64,000 nucleotides of DNA from Thermoanaerobaculia bacterium (GCA_963719225.1 CAVRAY010000002.1:640001-704000), one strand, 5' to 3'; counted from the first letter of the stretch, positions 37,455-47,726 are shown. The notes: generated by a model from the sequence alone, not told the origin. Made by a program: numbers and translations.

Positions 37455-38666
37455 ATGCATCCGGGCCACCGCGCCGCGTTCAACGCGGCGTTCGCGCCCG
37501 CTCTCGCGGAGCGGTACGCGGCCGACCTCGTGCGCCGCGCCGGCCGAGTGCCGGGCTTCCGCCTCGCCGAGACGCCGGTATTCCTGACGCCCGAGCTCGA
37601 CGCGGCGCTCGCGAAAGCCGCGCGCGAGATCGTCGACGCTCTCTCCGCCCCGGGCCTCCTCGCGCGGATGAAGCAGGCGATCCCGCCGCGCTGGGACGCG
37701 CCGGGCATGGATCCGATCCCGTCGCTCGCCCAGGTGGACTTCGCCGTCGTCCGCGAGGGCGGGCGGCTCGTCCCGAGGCTCATCGAGCTGCAGGGCTTCC
37801 CGTCGCTCTCCGCGTTCGAGGTGCTCCAGGCCGACGCGTGGAACGCGGCTCTCGAGGGCGTCGCGGGCCTCCCACGGGTCGCGTGGAGCCCGTACTTTTC
37901 CGGGCTCGACCGGACCGGGTTCGTCGACCTGTTCCGGCGGACCGTCGTGGGGTCGGAGGATCCCGCCGAGGTCGTCCTCCTGGACCTCGAGCCCGACCGG
38001 CAGAAGACCGCGATCGACTTCTCGGCGACGCGCGTGCTGCTCGGGGTCGAGAGCGTCGACCCGCGCGCGCTCGTGAAAGAGGGGCGGCGTCTTTTCCGCG
38101 ACGTCTCGGGCCGGCGCGTCCCCGTGAAGCGCGTCTACAACCGCATCGTGTTCGACGAGCTCATCCAGACGGGCGCGCGCCTTCCGTTCGACTTCCGCGA
38201 GGACCTCGACGTCGCCTGGGTGCCGCACCCGAACTGGTACTGGACGTGGTCGAAGGCGTCGTTGCCGTTTCTGACGCACGAGACGGTGCCGAAAGCGACG
38301 GTCGTGTCGGAGTTCGGTCCGGTGCCCGAAGACGTCGGGGAGCGCTACGTGCTGAAGCCCCTCTTCTCCTTCGCGGGCGGCGGCGTGAACGTCGACCCGA
38401 CGCCCGCGGACGTCGCGGCCATCCCCGAGACCGAGCGCGCGCACTGGGTCCTCATGGAGAAGATCGCATACGACCCGTGCCTCGCGGCGGCCGACGGCGG
38501 CGCCGTCAAGGTCGAGGTCCGGATGATGTTCTTCCGGCCCGACGGCGACGCGCGGCCGACGCTCGGGCTGAACCTTTGCCGGCTCTCGCGCGGCAAGATG
38601 CTCGGCGTCGACTTCAACAGGGACTTCACGTGGGTGGGCTCGTCCGTGGCGCTCAGGCCGGCGTGA
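37455..38666 (+). CDS. Uncharacterised protein, probably ATP-grasp-related (glutathionylspermidine synthase-like)
   Basis: QVDFAV, LIELQGFPS, RVYNRIVFDEL, WSKASLP, YVLKPLFSFAGGGV, LMEKI, KVEVRMM resemble circularly permuted ATP-grasp motifs. ATG 37455 is 8 nt after TAAACT. Confidence 0.6.
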   Translation: MHPGHRAAFNAAFAPALAERYAADLVRRAGRVPGFRLAETPVFLTPELDAALAKAAREIVDALSAPGLLARMKQAIPPRWDAPGMDPIPSLAQVDFAVVREGGRLVPRLIELQGFPSLSAFEVLQADAWNAALEGVAGLPRVAWSPYFSGLDRTGFVDLFRRTVVGSEDPAEVVLLDLEPDRQKTAIDFSATRVLLGVESVDPRALVKEGRRLFRDVSGRRVPVKRVYNRIVFDELIQTGARLPFDFREDLDVAWVPHPNWYWTWSKASLPFLTHETVPKATVVSEFGPVPEDVGERYVLKPLFSFAGGGVNVDPTPADVAAIPETERAHWVLMEKIAYDPCLAAADGGAVKVEVRMMFFRPDGDARPTLGLNLCRLSRGKMLGVDFNRDFTWVGSSVALRPA

Positions 38667-40163
38667 GCGGCGCTCCCGATTCCGGCGCGGGGCGCCGGCG
38701 GCTCGTCGTCGCCCTGCTCCTCGCGGGCGTCGCGCTTCAGCTCGGCGGCCTCCTCGTCGCGGCGGCCGGGACGGACCTGCGCGCGCCGCAGTCCGAGGAC
38801 ATGGTCCCGTTCACCTACCTGCTCGCGACGATCGCGTCCGTCCTCGCCGCCGTCGTCGCGATGGCGGGCTCGGTCCTCATCCTGTCCCTCACGCTCGGGA
38901 CGGCCGTCCAGAGGTCCCACCTCGGATCGATCATCCTCGGCGACGAGGACTTCCGGACCGCCGTCTCGGGCGCGATCGTCACGATCGTCGCGGCCTGCCT
39001 CTCGCTCCTCGCGGCGCACCTGCCGGCCGTGTCGCACAACGCGGCGGCGATCTTCCTCCTCTCGGGCGGAGGCGTCGTCGAATTCACGGGGTGCATCCTC
39101 GGGCTCGCGCGGCTCTTCCAGCGGATCCCGCGCCTCCTGACGCAGGAGAACCTCCTCGAGACGTCGCTCGCGCTCGTCGACGCGTCCTACCTCGCGGCAC
39201 AGGAGGACCGGCTCCTCGGGTCCGGCGCGACGGCGCAGGGCCGCCTCGACGTCCTGAACGACCTCATCTTCTCGTTCCGCGTCTACCCGGTCGAGACGGA
39301 CGACCCGCTCGTGACCGTCCACGACGTCCTCGAGAACGTCCTCGCGCAGAGCCCGGCGTCCGTCGTCGCGACGTCGCTCGGGCAGGTCTCCGGGCGCTTC
39401 ACGGCGCTCGCGGGAGAGACGCATGACCAGATCTTCCAGCTTCTCGTGACGCCCTGGCTCGCCGAGCTGCGCGTCGCGGTCGTCAGGCGCGGGTCGCCGT
39501 CCGTCGCGCTCGCGTTCTTCGACCTCTGGGCGGACGTCCTCGTCGCGGCGCGCGAGAAGAGAATGCCCGGGTTCTACGCGCACTCGGCTCGACCGTTCGT
39601 CGCCTCGCTGAGGCACGTCGCGACCGCGGGTCTCTTCGAGGAGGCGGGCGGCCGCGTCCTGAGGCCGCTCGTCCGCGTCATGTCCGTCGCGGGGGACGAT
39701 CTCGCGGCGCTCGGGCCGTGGGCGGGCGCGCTCGTGGGCTGGATGCGCGAGGACGCCGAGACGGGACGCGGCGAGTGGACGCGCGTCCTGTGGAACCCCG
39801 TCGAGACCGTGCTCGAGCGGTCCGCCGAAGACCTCGCTCACGATTCGCCTCTCCTCGGCGCGCTCGTCCACGGGCTCACCGGAGTCGCCCGGGTCGCGGC
39901 CCGTGCCGGGATCGAGACGGGCGACGGCCGGCCGTTCGCGCTCAAGATCGCGACGCGGATGCGGCGCGCCCAGATCGAGCTGATGGAGGCGGCCACGGCC
40001 GTCGGCGCGGAGGCGTCGGAGCGCGTGCGCGAGCGGGTCGTCGCTCCTTGGCGAGCCGATCGCGGCCGTCGTCGCGCTCGCGGACCGGCGGCCCGAGCTC
40101 GCGGACGTGGCGGCGCTCCTCTCGTCCGAACGCCTCGTCGACGAGCGCGACGGCGAAGCCTAA
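38663..40163 (+). pseudogene. Hypothetical membrane protein (about 4 N-terminal TM helices plus helical domain) with a one-base frameshift near 40045
   Basis: GTG 38663 overlaps the upstream TGA. Protein-like sequence runs to ERVRERVV, then the alternative frame gives LLGEPIAAVVALADRRPELADVAALLSSERLVDERDGEA-TAA (40161-40163), meeting the convergent kinase stop. Confidence 0.65.
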
Positions 40164-41494
40164 CGCGGCGCGGCGCGGTCGGGGAGGGCGCACGTCACGA
40201 TCGTGCCGCCGCCGGGGCGCGGGCCGAGCGCAAGCGTGCCGCCGTGCGCGGCGAGGATCTCGGCGCACAGCGGAAGCCCGAGGCCGCGGCCGCCGCGCGT
40301 GAGGCGCGCGGCCGACGAGAGCGGCAGCGCCGCGCGCCTCATCGCCTCCTCGTCCATGCCGGGCCCGCGGTCGAGGACGCGGAGGATCGACCCGCCCCGC
40401 GGCGACGGCTCCACGCAGACGGCGATCTCGCCCGCGGGGCCGCCCGCCTCCGCCGCGTTCTTGAGGAGGTTCAGGAGCACCTGCTGGATCTGGGCAGGGT
40501 CGAAAACGGCCGCCGGCGGGTCGGGCGTTCCGAGGATGCGGAACGGGACCGCGCGCCGCACGGATTCGAGGAACGGCGCCCAGAGAACGGTCTCGGGCGC
40601 CGGCGCGGGCAGCCGCGCGAGAGCCGCGTAGCCCTCTACGAACCGGGAGAGGTGGCGCACGCGCTCGTCGATCGTCGCGAGGATCTCCTCGAGACGGTCG
40701 GCGTGGCGTCCATCCGAGGCGGCGAGGCGCGCCGAGTGGACGAGCGAGCTGACGGGCGCGAGCGAGTTGTTCACCTCGTGGCTCACGACCCGGATGACCT
40801 TGCGCCATGCTTCCAGCTCCTGGCGGCGGACGTCGCCCGTGAGCGTCTCGACGACGACGAGGCGGTGCCGCTGCGTGTGGAGGTGAAAGGCGCGCACGGC
40901 GACGCGCCACGTCTCCTCCTCGTGCGGCCCCGTGCGGGCGGCGACGGTCGTGTCCACGCCCGCGAGAAGCGCGTCCCGAAGCGGATTTGGAGCCTCGATC
41001 TCGGCGAGCGCGAGCCCGACGAGCCGCCCCTGACCGGCGAACATCTTGCGTGCCGCGGCATTCGCGTAGACGACCCGGTCCCGTGCGTTCAGGAGGAGGA
41101 TCGCCATCGGCGCGCCCTGCAGGACGGTGTCGAGGAGCAGCTCGCGCTCGTAGATCTCGCGCCGCTCGGTCCTGAGGACGTCACCCATCCGGTTGAAGAT
41201 CGCGACGAGCGCGCCGAGCTCGTCCTCGCACCCCGGAGCGAGCCGGAAGCCGAAGTCGTTCTCCTGGAAACCCTTCACGCCGTCGGCGATGCCACGGAGG
41301 ACTTCGACCATCGGCTGCCAGGCCAAGGCCGTGCCGGCGACCGCCGCCGCGAGGCCTGCCGCGAGGGAGAGAGCGGCCACGACGGCGAGCGGGATTCCCG
41401 TCGCCAGGAGCGCGGCGCCGAGGCCTACGGCGACGAGCGCGGCTCCGAACGCCGCCACGGTCAGCCGCATCTCGAGGCTGAGACGGCGTCCCAC
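40160..41494 (-). CDS. Membrane sensor histidine kinase (HAMP-PAS-HisKA-HATPase, NtrY-like)
   Basis: Two TM helices, DELGALVAIFNRM HAMP, SHEVNNSL H-box, NLLKNA, DRGPG, GLGL. Confidence 0.9.
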   Translation of the reverse strand: MGRRLSLEMRLTVAAFGAALVAVGLGAALLATGIPLAVVAALSLAAGLAAAVAGTALAWQPMVEVLRGIADGVKGFQENDFGFRLAPGCEDELGALVAIFNRMGDVLRTERREIYERELLLDTVLQGAPMAILLLNARDRVVYANAAARKMFAGQGRLVGLALAEIEAPNPLRDALLAGVDTTVAARTGPHEEETWRVAVRAFHLHTQRHRLVVVETLTGDVRRQELEAWRKVIRVVSHEVNNSLAPVSSLVHSARLAASDGRHADRLEEILATIDERVRHLSRFVEGYAALARLPAPAPETVLWAPFLESVRRAVPFRILGTPDPPAAVFDPAQIQQVLLNLLKNAAEAGGPAGEIAVCVEPSPRGGSILRVLDRGPGMDEEAMRRAALPLSSAARLTRGGRGLGLPLCAEILAAHGGTLALGPRPGGGTIVTCALPDRAAPR

Positions 41495-41497
41495 TGT

Positions 41498-42874
41498 TCA
41501 GTCCCGGGGCCGGCGCTCGAGGGTGATGCCGAGTCTCTCCATCCTCCTGTAAAGGGCCTGGCGGGACAGCCCGAGCTCTTCGGCGGCCTGCGAAACACGG
41601 CCGGAGTGCCTCACGATGACGGCCTCGAGCGTGGCGCGCTCCGTCGCGTCGCCCCGGCCCGCGAGAGGGGAACCGCCCGAAGGCTCGCCGAACCCGAGCG
41701 ACGCGGGCGTGAGGACATCGCCGCTCTCGACGAGGAGGGCGCGCCGGACGCGGTTCTCGAGCTCGCGGACGTTGCCGGGCCACGCGTGCGAAAGCAGCGC
41801 GCGCTGCGCCGCCGCGGACAGCGCGGGAGCGGGCCGCGGCGCGGCGAAGGTCGCGAGGATCGCGGAAGCGAGCGGCAGGATGTCGTCGGCGCGGTCTCTC
41901 AGCGCGGGCACCGCGAGCTCGACGACGTTCAGGCGGAAATAGAGGTCCTCGCGGAAACGGCCCTCGCGGATCGCGAGCGGCAGGTCCGCGTTCGTCGCGC
42001 AGACGACGCGCACGTCCACCCGGCGGGTCTCGTTGGAGCCGAGGCGCTCGAACGCGCCGCTCTGGAGGACGCGCAGGAGCTTGACCTGCCCTTCCGGCGG
42101 GAGCGTGCCGATCTCGTCGAGGAAGAGCGTTCCCCCGTGCGCCGCCTCGAAGCGTCCCGCGCGTGTCCGCGACGCCCCCGTGAAGGCACCGGCCTCGGCG
42201 CCGAACAGCTCGCTTTCGATGAGGTCGTGCGGAAGGGCGCCGGCGCTGATCTTCACATACGGCCCGGAGGCGCGGCGCGAGTTCGTCTGCACGATGTCCG
42301 CGAGGCGCTCCTTGCCGGCGCCGTTCGGGCCCGTGACGAGGACGGGCACGTCGGCAGGCGCGATCTTGACGGCGAGGCTCACGACGCGATGCATCGCCTC
42401 GCTCTCGTAGATGAGGCCGCGCAGGTCGTGGCGATCCGCGAGGGCGGCGCGGGAGGCGGCGCGCTCGGTCCGCGCGCGCGCCGTCTCTTCCTCGAGGGTT
42501 CTCAGGCGGACGAGGTTTCGGATCGACGCGACGAGCTTCGCGTCGTCCCAGGGCTTCCCGAAGTAGTCGGCGGCGCCCTCGCGGACGAGGGCGACCGCCG
42601 TCTCGAGGGACGCCCAGGCCGTCATGAGGAGGACCGGAAGGCCGGGGTCCGCGCTCCTGAGCGCCCGGAACAGCGCGGCCCCGTCCTCTCCCGAAGTGGC
42701 GCCGGAGCGGAAGTTCATGTCCTGGACGACGACCTTCACGGCCCCTTCGGCCAGTGCGGCCAGCGCCTGCTCGGGCGTCCGCGCGACGCGGCTCGGGATG
42801 TCGTGAAGCTCGAGGAGGATCTCGAGAGCCTCGGAGACGGCCGGGTCGTCGTCGACGATCAGGACCGTGGACAC
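41498..42874 (-). CDS. Sigma-54-dependent response regulator (NtrC family)
   Basis: Receiver domain, GPNGAGKE, ESELFG, GAFTGA, LFLDEIG, FREDLYFRL, WPGNVREL and Fis-type HTH. Start GTG 42874. Confidence 0.95.
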   Translation of the reverse strand: MSTVLIVDDDPAVSEALEILLELHDIPSRVARTPEQALAALAEGAVKVVVQDMNFRSGATSGEDGAALFRALRSADPGLPVLLMTAWASLETAVALVREGAADYFGKPWDDAKLVASIRNLVRLRTLEEETARARTERAASRAALADRHDLRGLIYESEAMHRVVSLAVKIAPADVPVLVTGPNGAGKERLADIVQTNSRRASGPYVKISAGALPHDLIESELFGAEAGAFTGASRTRAGRFEAAHGGTLFLDEIGTLPPEGQVKLLRVLQSGAFERLGSNETRRVDVRVVCATNADLPLAIREGRFREDLYFRLNVVELAVPALRDRADDILPLASAILATFAAPRPAPALSAAAQRALLSHAWPGNVRELENRVRRALLVESGDVLTPASLGFGEPSGGSPLAGRGDATERATLEAVIVRHSGRVSQAAEELGLSRQALYRRMERLGITLERRPRD

Positions 42875-42965
42875 GCGTCCCGTCCTGCGGAGAGGGTTGC
42901 GCCGGGCCGACATCTCCTGAGGAGACGCAGGCCGGCCGTGAAAGGTTCCGCTCCCGCGCGGGCTC

Positions 42966-44231
42966 TCACACGTTTCGCGTCGCGATCGCCGGGGCGACGC
43001 GAGCCCCCTTGAGGGCGGGGAACCACGTCGCGAGGAGGCCGGCCGCCCAGAGGAGGAGGACGCCGCCCGCGAGGTACGAGGCGTCCATCCGGTGGGCCTT
43101 GAGCTGGGACACGAGCGCGGCGTTCAGAAGGACGGCGAGAAAGACGCCCAGCGAGAGCCCGAGCGTCGTGACGATCCAGTTTTCGAGAAGGAAGTAGCGG
43201 AGGATGTCGGCCTTCTGGGCGCCGAGCGCGCGACGGGTTCCGATCTGCCGCGTCCGTTCCGCGACCGAGAAGGACGTGAGCCCGATGATTCCGAGGGACG
43301 TCACGAAGAGGAGGAGGACGATCACACCGGTCAGCACGGCGAGGACGAGCTTCTGGTTCGCCTGGAATCCGTCCTTGACCTCGAGGAGCGGTCTGACGCG
43401 GACGTTGCGGCCGGGGTTCGCGTCGAGGAGCGCCTTCTCGACCGACGAGGCGACGCTCGTGAGCGCTCCCGGCTCCGTCCTCACGAGGTACGCCGAGCCC
43501 CCGCCGTAGGTCGCCGAGGAGCTCGGATAGAACAGGACGTACTCGTGGATCGGCCAGCCGTACGGGTTATAGAACCGGTCGATGACCCCGACGACGTGGT
43601 ACTGATCGCCGTCGCTGTCCTCGAGCCGCTGGTCGAGAGGGGAGCCGTCCCCGAACGCGAGGCGCGCGAACGCCCGGCTGATGACGACGTCCTGCGAGAT
43701 CTTGTTCTTCGGGGTCCCGTCCTCTCCGCGCTCCCGTGGAGTCGCGAAGAGCGCGGCGAGCCTCGCGTCCTCGGACTCGACCTCGGCGCGCGTGAAGCCG
43801 CGCCCCTCGACGACGGGGTCCCCGAGCGTCGAGAAGGTCCCCTCGTCCGCGTTGTAGACCTGGTTCCTCAGCCACGGTCCCTTGCTCCCCGCCGGCCGCG
43901 TCTCCATCGAGCTTCCGCCGCCCTGCCACGGCAGGAACCGCGTATTCGAGACCGCCTTGACTCCCGGGAGCCTCCCGAGGACGTCGAGGTCCGCGCGGAC
44001 GGAGTTCGCGAGGTAGCCCCGCTCCTGGAACGCGGGCGCGAACGGCTGGCTGCGGACCGTCAGGATGTTCGCGTCGTCGAAGCCCGACTCCTTCCCGAGC
44101 TCCTTCTGCGCGTCGCGGATGAGGCTCACGCAGTTCGTCACGACGGCGAGCGTGAGCGCGATCTCGAGGACGATGAGGCCGTAGCGCACCTTGCTGCGCG
44201 TCATCGCGCGGAGGATCGGGCCGAATTCCAT
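42966..44231 (-). CDS. MacB/FtsX-type ABC transporter permease
   Basis: TM1, large periplasmic domain, RTRQIGTRRALGA and three C-terminal TM helices. Confidence 0.92.
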   Translation of the reverse strand: MEFGPILRAMTRSKVRYGLIVLEIALTLAVVTNCVSLIRDAQKELGKESGFDDANILTVRSQPFAPAFQERGYLANSVRADLDVLGRLPGVKAVSNTRFLPWQGGGSSMETRPAGSKGPWLRNQVYNADEGTFSTLGDPVVEGRGFTRAEVESEDARLAALFATPRERGEDGTPKNKISQDVVISRAFARLAFGDGSPLDQRLEDSDGDQYHVVGVIDRFYNPYGWPIHEYVLFYPSSSATYGGGSAYLVRTEPGALTSVASSVEKALLDANPGRNVRVRPLLEVKDGFQANQKLVLAVLTGVIVLLLFVTSLGIIGLTSFSVAERTRQIGTRRALGAQKADILRYFLLENWIVTTLGLSLGVFLAVLLNAALVSQLKAHRMDASYLAGGVLLLWAAGLLATWFPALKGARVAPAIATRNV

Positions 44232-44241
44232 GGGCGCCTCC

Positions 44242-45570
44242 TCAGGAAACCTTCAGGTGGAGAGCGGGCGGAAGCTGGCAGGTCCGCCACGCGGGATACG
44301 CGCCCGCGACGAATCCGGCGGCGAGCGCGAGGAGGATCGAGAGGCCGACCATCGGCGCGTCGAGGTGGAAGAAGCCGGGGCGGCCTCCCTGCGCCTTCAT
44401 GACCGCGTTCAGGAACGAGAGGCCGGCGACGGAGAGCGCGAGGCCGAGGATCCCTCCGACGAGACCGATGACCTCGCACTCGACGATGTGCTGGACGAAG
44501 ATGTCGAGGCGGCTCGCGCCGAGCGCGCGCCTCACCCCGATCTCGGGCGCGCGCGCGAGGAACTTTCCGAGGAGCAGCCCGACGAGATTGAGCGAGCAGA
44601 TCGCGAGGAAGAGAAGGGAGACGACGAGAAGGGTGTTCGCCTCCTTCGGGACGACCCTGAAGTCGTCCATGAGCTCGCCGACCGTCGAGAGCCGGTTGTT
44701 GAGCGGCCGCAGGAACCGGCCGTGCCGGCGCTGGTCGAGCGCGTACGCGTCGAGGAAGGAACGGTACGCCGCGACGGCGGCCGCGTCCGGCAGCTCGACC
44801 CACATCTGGATCCAGGTCTGCTCCGAGTTCAGGACCCTGTCGATGCCGGTGCCCGTGGGAGAGGGCCCCCAGCCGTCGGAGTTCCCGAACGTCCGGAGGT
44901 TCATGGGCCGCATCATCGAGAACGGGATGTAGAGGTTCTCCGGCGCCTGGGCCTGGCCGGTCGTCAGGTCGTAGAACTTGACGCTCGGCGTCCAGGCGTC
45001 GAGGACGCCGACGACGCGAAAGTCCCGGTCCTCGAGACGCACGGTCTTCCCGACGCTGTTTTCGCCGCCGAAGAGGCGGTCGTTCATCTCCTTGGAGAGC
45101 ACGGTCACGGGCTCGCCCGCGCCGTCGGCCTTCGCGTCCCAGCCCGCGCCGAACCGGAAGGGCGCCGCGAACATCGGGAAGAAGTCCGCGTAGCAGACGC
45201 GGATCGACTCCTTGAACGGGCGGCCGACCTTCGGGTCGGGGAAGACGTAGAGCATCGTGCGGAAGTCGGCCGTCTGCCGGACCGGGATCTTCGACTTCAT
45301 GAGCTCGACCATGTCGCGGTACGTGATCTGGCTGGGCAGGGTGTTCTTGCCGTCGCCCGGATACGCCTTCTGGGGGTCCCAGCTGTCCACGCGGACGTAG
45401 TACAGGACCTTGCTCTTCGCGGGCACGGGATCCTGCGCGAACGCGTGGCGCGCCGCCGCGAACGTCGTCGAGAGAGCGATCCCGAGCGCGATGCCGAGGA
45501 CGATGAGGGCCGAGAGGACCCGGTTCCTCTGCATGCTCTTCCAGGCGATGCGAAGGTTGTGAAGCAGCAT
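44242..45570 (-). CDS. MacB/FtsX-type ABC transporter permease
   Basis: Same architecture, with EIGVRRALGA and AGAYPAWR. Confidence 0.92.
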   Translation of the reverse strand: MLLHNLRIAWKSMQRNRVLSALIVLGIALGIALSTTFAAARHAFAQDPVPAKSKVLYYVRVDSWDPQKAYPGDGKNTLPSQITYRDMVELMKSKIPVRQTADFRTMLYVFPDPKVGRPFKESIRVCYADFFPMFAAPFRFGAGWDAKADGAGEPVTVLSKEMNDRLFGGENSVGKTVRLEDRDFRVVGVLDAWTPSVKFYDLTTGQAQAPENLYIPFSMMRPMNLRTFGNSDGWGPSPTGTGIDRVLNSEQTWIQMWVELPDAAAVAAYRSFLDAYALDQRRHGRFLRPLNNRLSTVGELMDDFRVVPKEANTLLVVSLLFLAICSLNLVGLLLGKFLARAPEIGVRRALGASRLDIFVQHIVECEVIGLVGGILGLALSVAGLSFLNAVMKAQGGRPGFFHLDAPMVGLSILLALAAGFVAGAYPAWRTCQLPPALHLKVS

Positions 45571-45580
45571 GGCGGCTCCT

Positions 45581-46312
45581 TCAGGCGAGCGCGGCCGCGA
45601 GGTTCGCCGAGATCGGCGGAACGCGGACGTCGCCCTCGGCCGGCGACTCGAGGTCGATGACCTTGCCGTCGAGGAGGTGGATCTCGCGCGAGGCGCGCGC
45701 GGCGCACTCCGGCGCGTGCGTGACCATCACGATCGTCGTGCCCCGCTCGTTGATCTTCTCGAGGAGGTCCATGACCTCGCGCGACATGAGCGTGTCGAGG
45801 TTCCCCGTGGGCTCGTCCGCGAGGATGAGCCGTGGGTCGCCCGCGAGAACGCGCGCGATCGCGACGCGCTGCTGCTGCCCGCCCGAGAGCTGGGACGGCA
45901 GGTGGTGGAGGCGCGACGAGAGCCCGACGAGCTCGACGGCCCGTCCGATGCGCTCCTTGCGCTCGGGCGCGGGGAGACGGCGGTACCTGAGCGGGACGTC
46001 GACGTTGTCGAAGACGTCGAGATCCGGAATCAGGTTGAAGCTCTGGAAGACGAACCCGATCTTCTGGTTCCGGATGCGCGACATCTCCCGGTCCGTCAGG
46101 CGGCTCACGTCCTCCCCGTCCAGGGAGTACGTGCCGCCGTCGAACGTGTCGAGGAGACCCGCGATGTTGAGGAACGTCGTCTTGCCGGAGCCGGAGCGGC
46201 CCATGAGCGCGACGAACTCGCCCGCCTTCACGTCGAGCGAGAAGTCGAGCAGGGCGTGCGTCTCGACGAGGTCGGTCCGGTAGATCTTCTGGATTCCACG
46301 CATCGACAGCAT
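45581..46312 (-). CDS. ABC transporter ATP-binding protein (LolD/MacB-like)
   Basis: GRSGSGKT, GFVFQSFNL, LSGGQQQRVAIAR, LADEPTGNLD, VTH. Confidence 0.96.
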   Translation of the reverse strand: MLSMRGIQKIYRTDLVETHALLDFSLDVKAGEFVALMGRSGSGKTTFLNIAGLLDTFDGGTYSLDGEDVSRLTDREMSRIRNQKIGFVFQSFNLIPDLDVFDNVDVPLRYRRLPAPERKERIGRAVELVGLSSRLHHLPSQLSGGQQQRVAIARVLAGDPRLILADEPTGNLDTLMSREVMDLLEKINERGTTIVMVTHAPECAARASREIHLLDGKVIDLESPAEGDVRVPPISANLAAALA

Positions 46313-46323
46313 GAGGGTCTCCT

Positions 46324-47598
46324 TCAGCGCACGAGAACCGTGCGGGCGGTTGCGAAGTCGGTCGTGTCGGACAGGATCACGCGCTCGCCGGCCGAGAGGC
46401 CGCGGACGACCTCGACCTCCGAGACGCTGACGGCGCCCGTTTCGATGGGACGGCGCGTCGCGACGCCCGAGGAGTCGACGACCCAGGCGGACCGGCCGGC
46501 GCCGCTCTCGAGGAAAGGCCCGCGCGGAAGCTTCAGGACCCCTTTCTTCGTCTCGAAGAGGAGACGCACGGCGACGCGCTGGCTCTGCCTCAGCCCGGAG
46601 GGCGCCTCCCCCGCGAAGACGACCGTGCCCTTGACCTGGCTATCCCTCACCTCGGGAGAGATGGCGGCGATGCGGCCGTCGTAGTCCTTGCCCTCGTACG
46701 AAATGAGGGCAGGCGTGCCGGGGACGAGGTCTGCCGCGTAGTTCTCGGGCACGGAGATCTCGACCTCGTACGTCCCGAGGTTCACGACCGTGAGGACCGG
46801 CGCGTTCGCGGGGACCGAGTCGCGGTCCTGGACGGCGACGGAGGCGACCACGCCCGCAAACGGGGCCGTGATGGAGAGCTCGGCGACCTGGCGCGCGAGC
46901 TCGCCGGCGACCGCGGCCTGCCGGCGCTCGAGCGCCTCCTTGTCGCGGATGTCGAACTCGGCCGTCTCCTTGTCGAGGACGGCGGAGCCCTTCGCGTTCC
47001 TCAGCTCGTACTGCGCGATCTTGAGGTCGTCCTTCGCCTTCTCGTAGTCGGTCTTGTTGAGGAGTCCCTCCTGAAACGTGCGCTCCGCACGCTCCATGAG
47101 CCTCTCGGCCGCGCTCAGCCTGACCGCGAGGACGTCGATGTCCTGCGCGTTCTTGGCGGCCGACTGGCGGGCGAGGATCTTCTGCCGACCGAGCGCCGAC
47201 TGCATCGAGAGGAGCGTCGAGCGCTCCTGCGTCAGCCGGCTCATGAGCTCGGGGCTCTCGATGCGGGCGAGGAGCAGACCCTTCGTCACCGTCTCGCCGG
47301 CCTTCACCTTGAGCGCGACGATGCCGGCCGCGGGCGCGAAGAGGGTCGGGTGGAGCGCCGCGACGATGCGGCCCTGCGCGGACGCGTCCCGCACGAGGTC
47401 GCCGCGCTCGACCGTGCCGAGACGGATCGACGCGAGGGCGACCGTCCGGTCCGCCTTCGACCAGCGGCGCAGCGCGGGGGCGACGGCGACCCCGAGGACG
47501 AGCACGGCCCCTCCGGCGACGAGCCCGATGCGCAGCGGCCGCGAGAGCCCGGCGGGCTTCTCGACGGCGCGATCCATCGGCGAGACGCTCTCGATCAT
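46324..47598 (-). CDS. Periplasmic adaptor (HlyD/MacA-like membrane fusion protein)
   Basis: N-terminal TM helix, lipoyl halves APAAGIV and ITAPFAGVV, coiled hairpin, VEVVRGLSAGERVI. Start is 47598 or 47577. Confidence 0.9.
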   Translation of the reverse strand: MIESVSPMDRAVEKPAGLSRPLRIGLVAGGAVLVLGVAVAPALRRWSKADRTVALASIRLGTVERGDLVRDASAQGRIVAALHPTLFAPAAGIVALKVKAGETVTKGLLLARIESPELMSRLTQERSTLLSMQSALGRQKILARQSAAKNAQDIDVLAVRLSAAERLMERAERTFQEGLLNKTDYEKAKDDLKIAQYELRNAKGSAVLDKETAEFDIRDKEALERRQAAVAGELARQVAELSITAPFAGVVASVAVQDRDSVPANAPVLTVVNLGTYEVEISVPENYAADLVPGTPALISYEGKDYDGRIAAISPEVRDSQVKGTVVFAGEAPSGLRQSQRVAVRLLFETKKGVLKLPRGPFLESGAGRSAWVVDSSGVATRRPIETGAVSVSEVEVVRGLSAGERVILSDTTDFATARTVLVR

Positions 47599-47610
47599 CG
47601 CGGGCGGAAG

Positions 47611-47626
47611 AGCAACCGCGCTGCCA
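47611..47626 (-). promoter_or_regulatory. Sigma-54 (-24/-12) promoter
   Basis: Minus strand TGGCAG-CGCGG-TTGCT matches TGGCAC-N5-TTGCW and lies just upstream of the adaptor gene. Confidence 0.85.
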
Positions 47627-47644
47627 GCGACCGACGGCCCGTGG

Positions 47645-47657
47645 AATCAAGGAGTTG
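47645..47657 (+). promoter_or_regulatory. IHF binding site
   Basis: AATCAA-GGAG-TTG is an exact WATCAANNNNTTR match, located between the promoter and the palindrome. Confidence 0.7.
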
Positions 47658-47681
47658 GTCGCGCGCGGCGGGCGCGAGCGC

Positions 47682-47714
47682 GACAGGTGTCCGGTGCACG
47701 GCCGGACACCTGTC
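47682..47714. promoter_or_regulatory. 13-bp perfect inverted repeat, probable enhancer for the NtrC-family activator
   Basis: GACAGGTGTCCGG-N7-CCGGACACCTGTC. No U tract follows, so a terminator role is less likely. Confidence 0.6.
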
Positions 47715-47726
47715 CGGGTCCGGTCT

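Noticed and set aside
36677-43012. 2111-aa giant ORF
   Set aside because: A stop-free GC-rich frame stitching together the MATE remnant, an off-frame stretch, the 38663 membrane protein (read through its frameshift) and antisense of the kinase and regulator genes.
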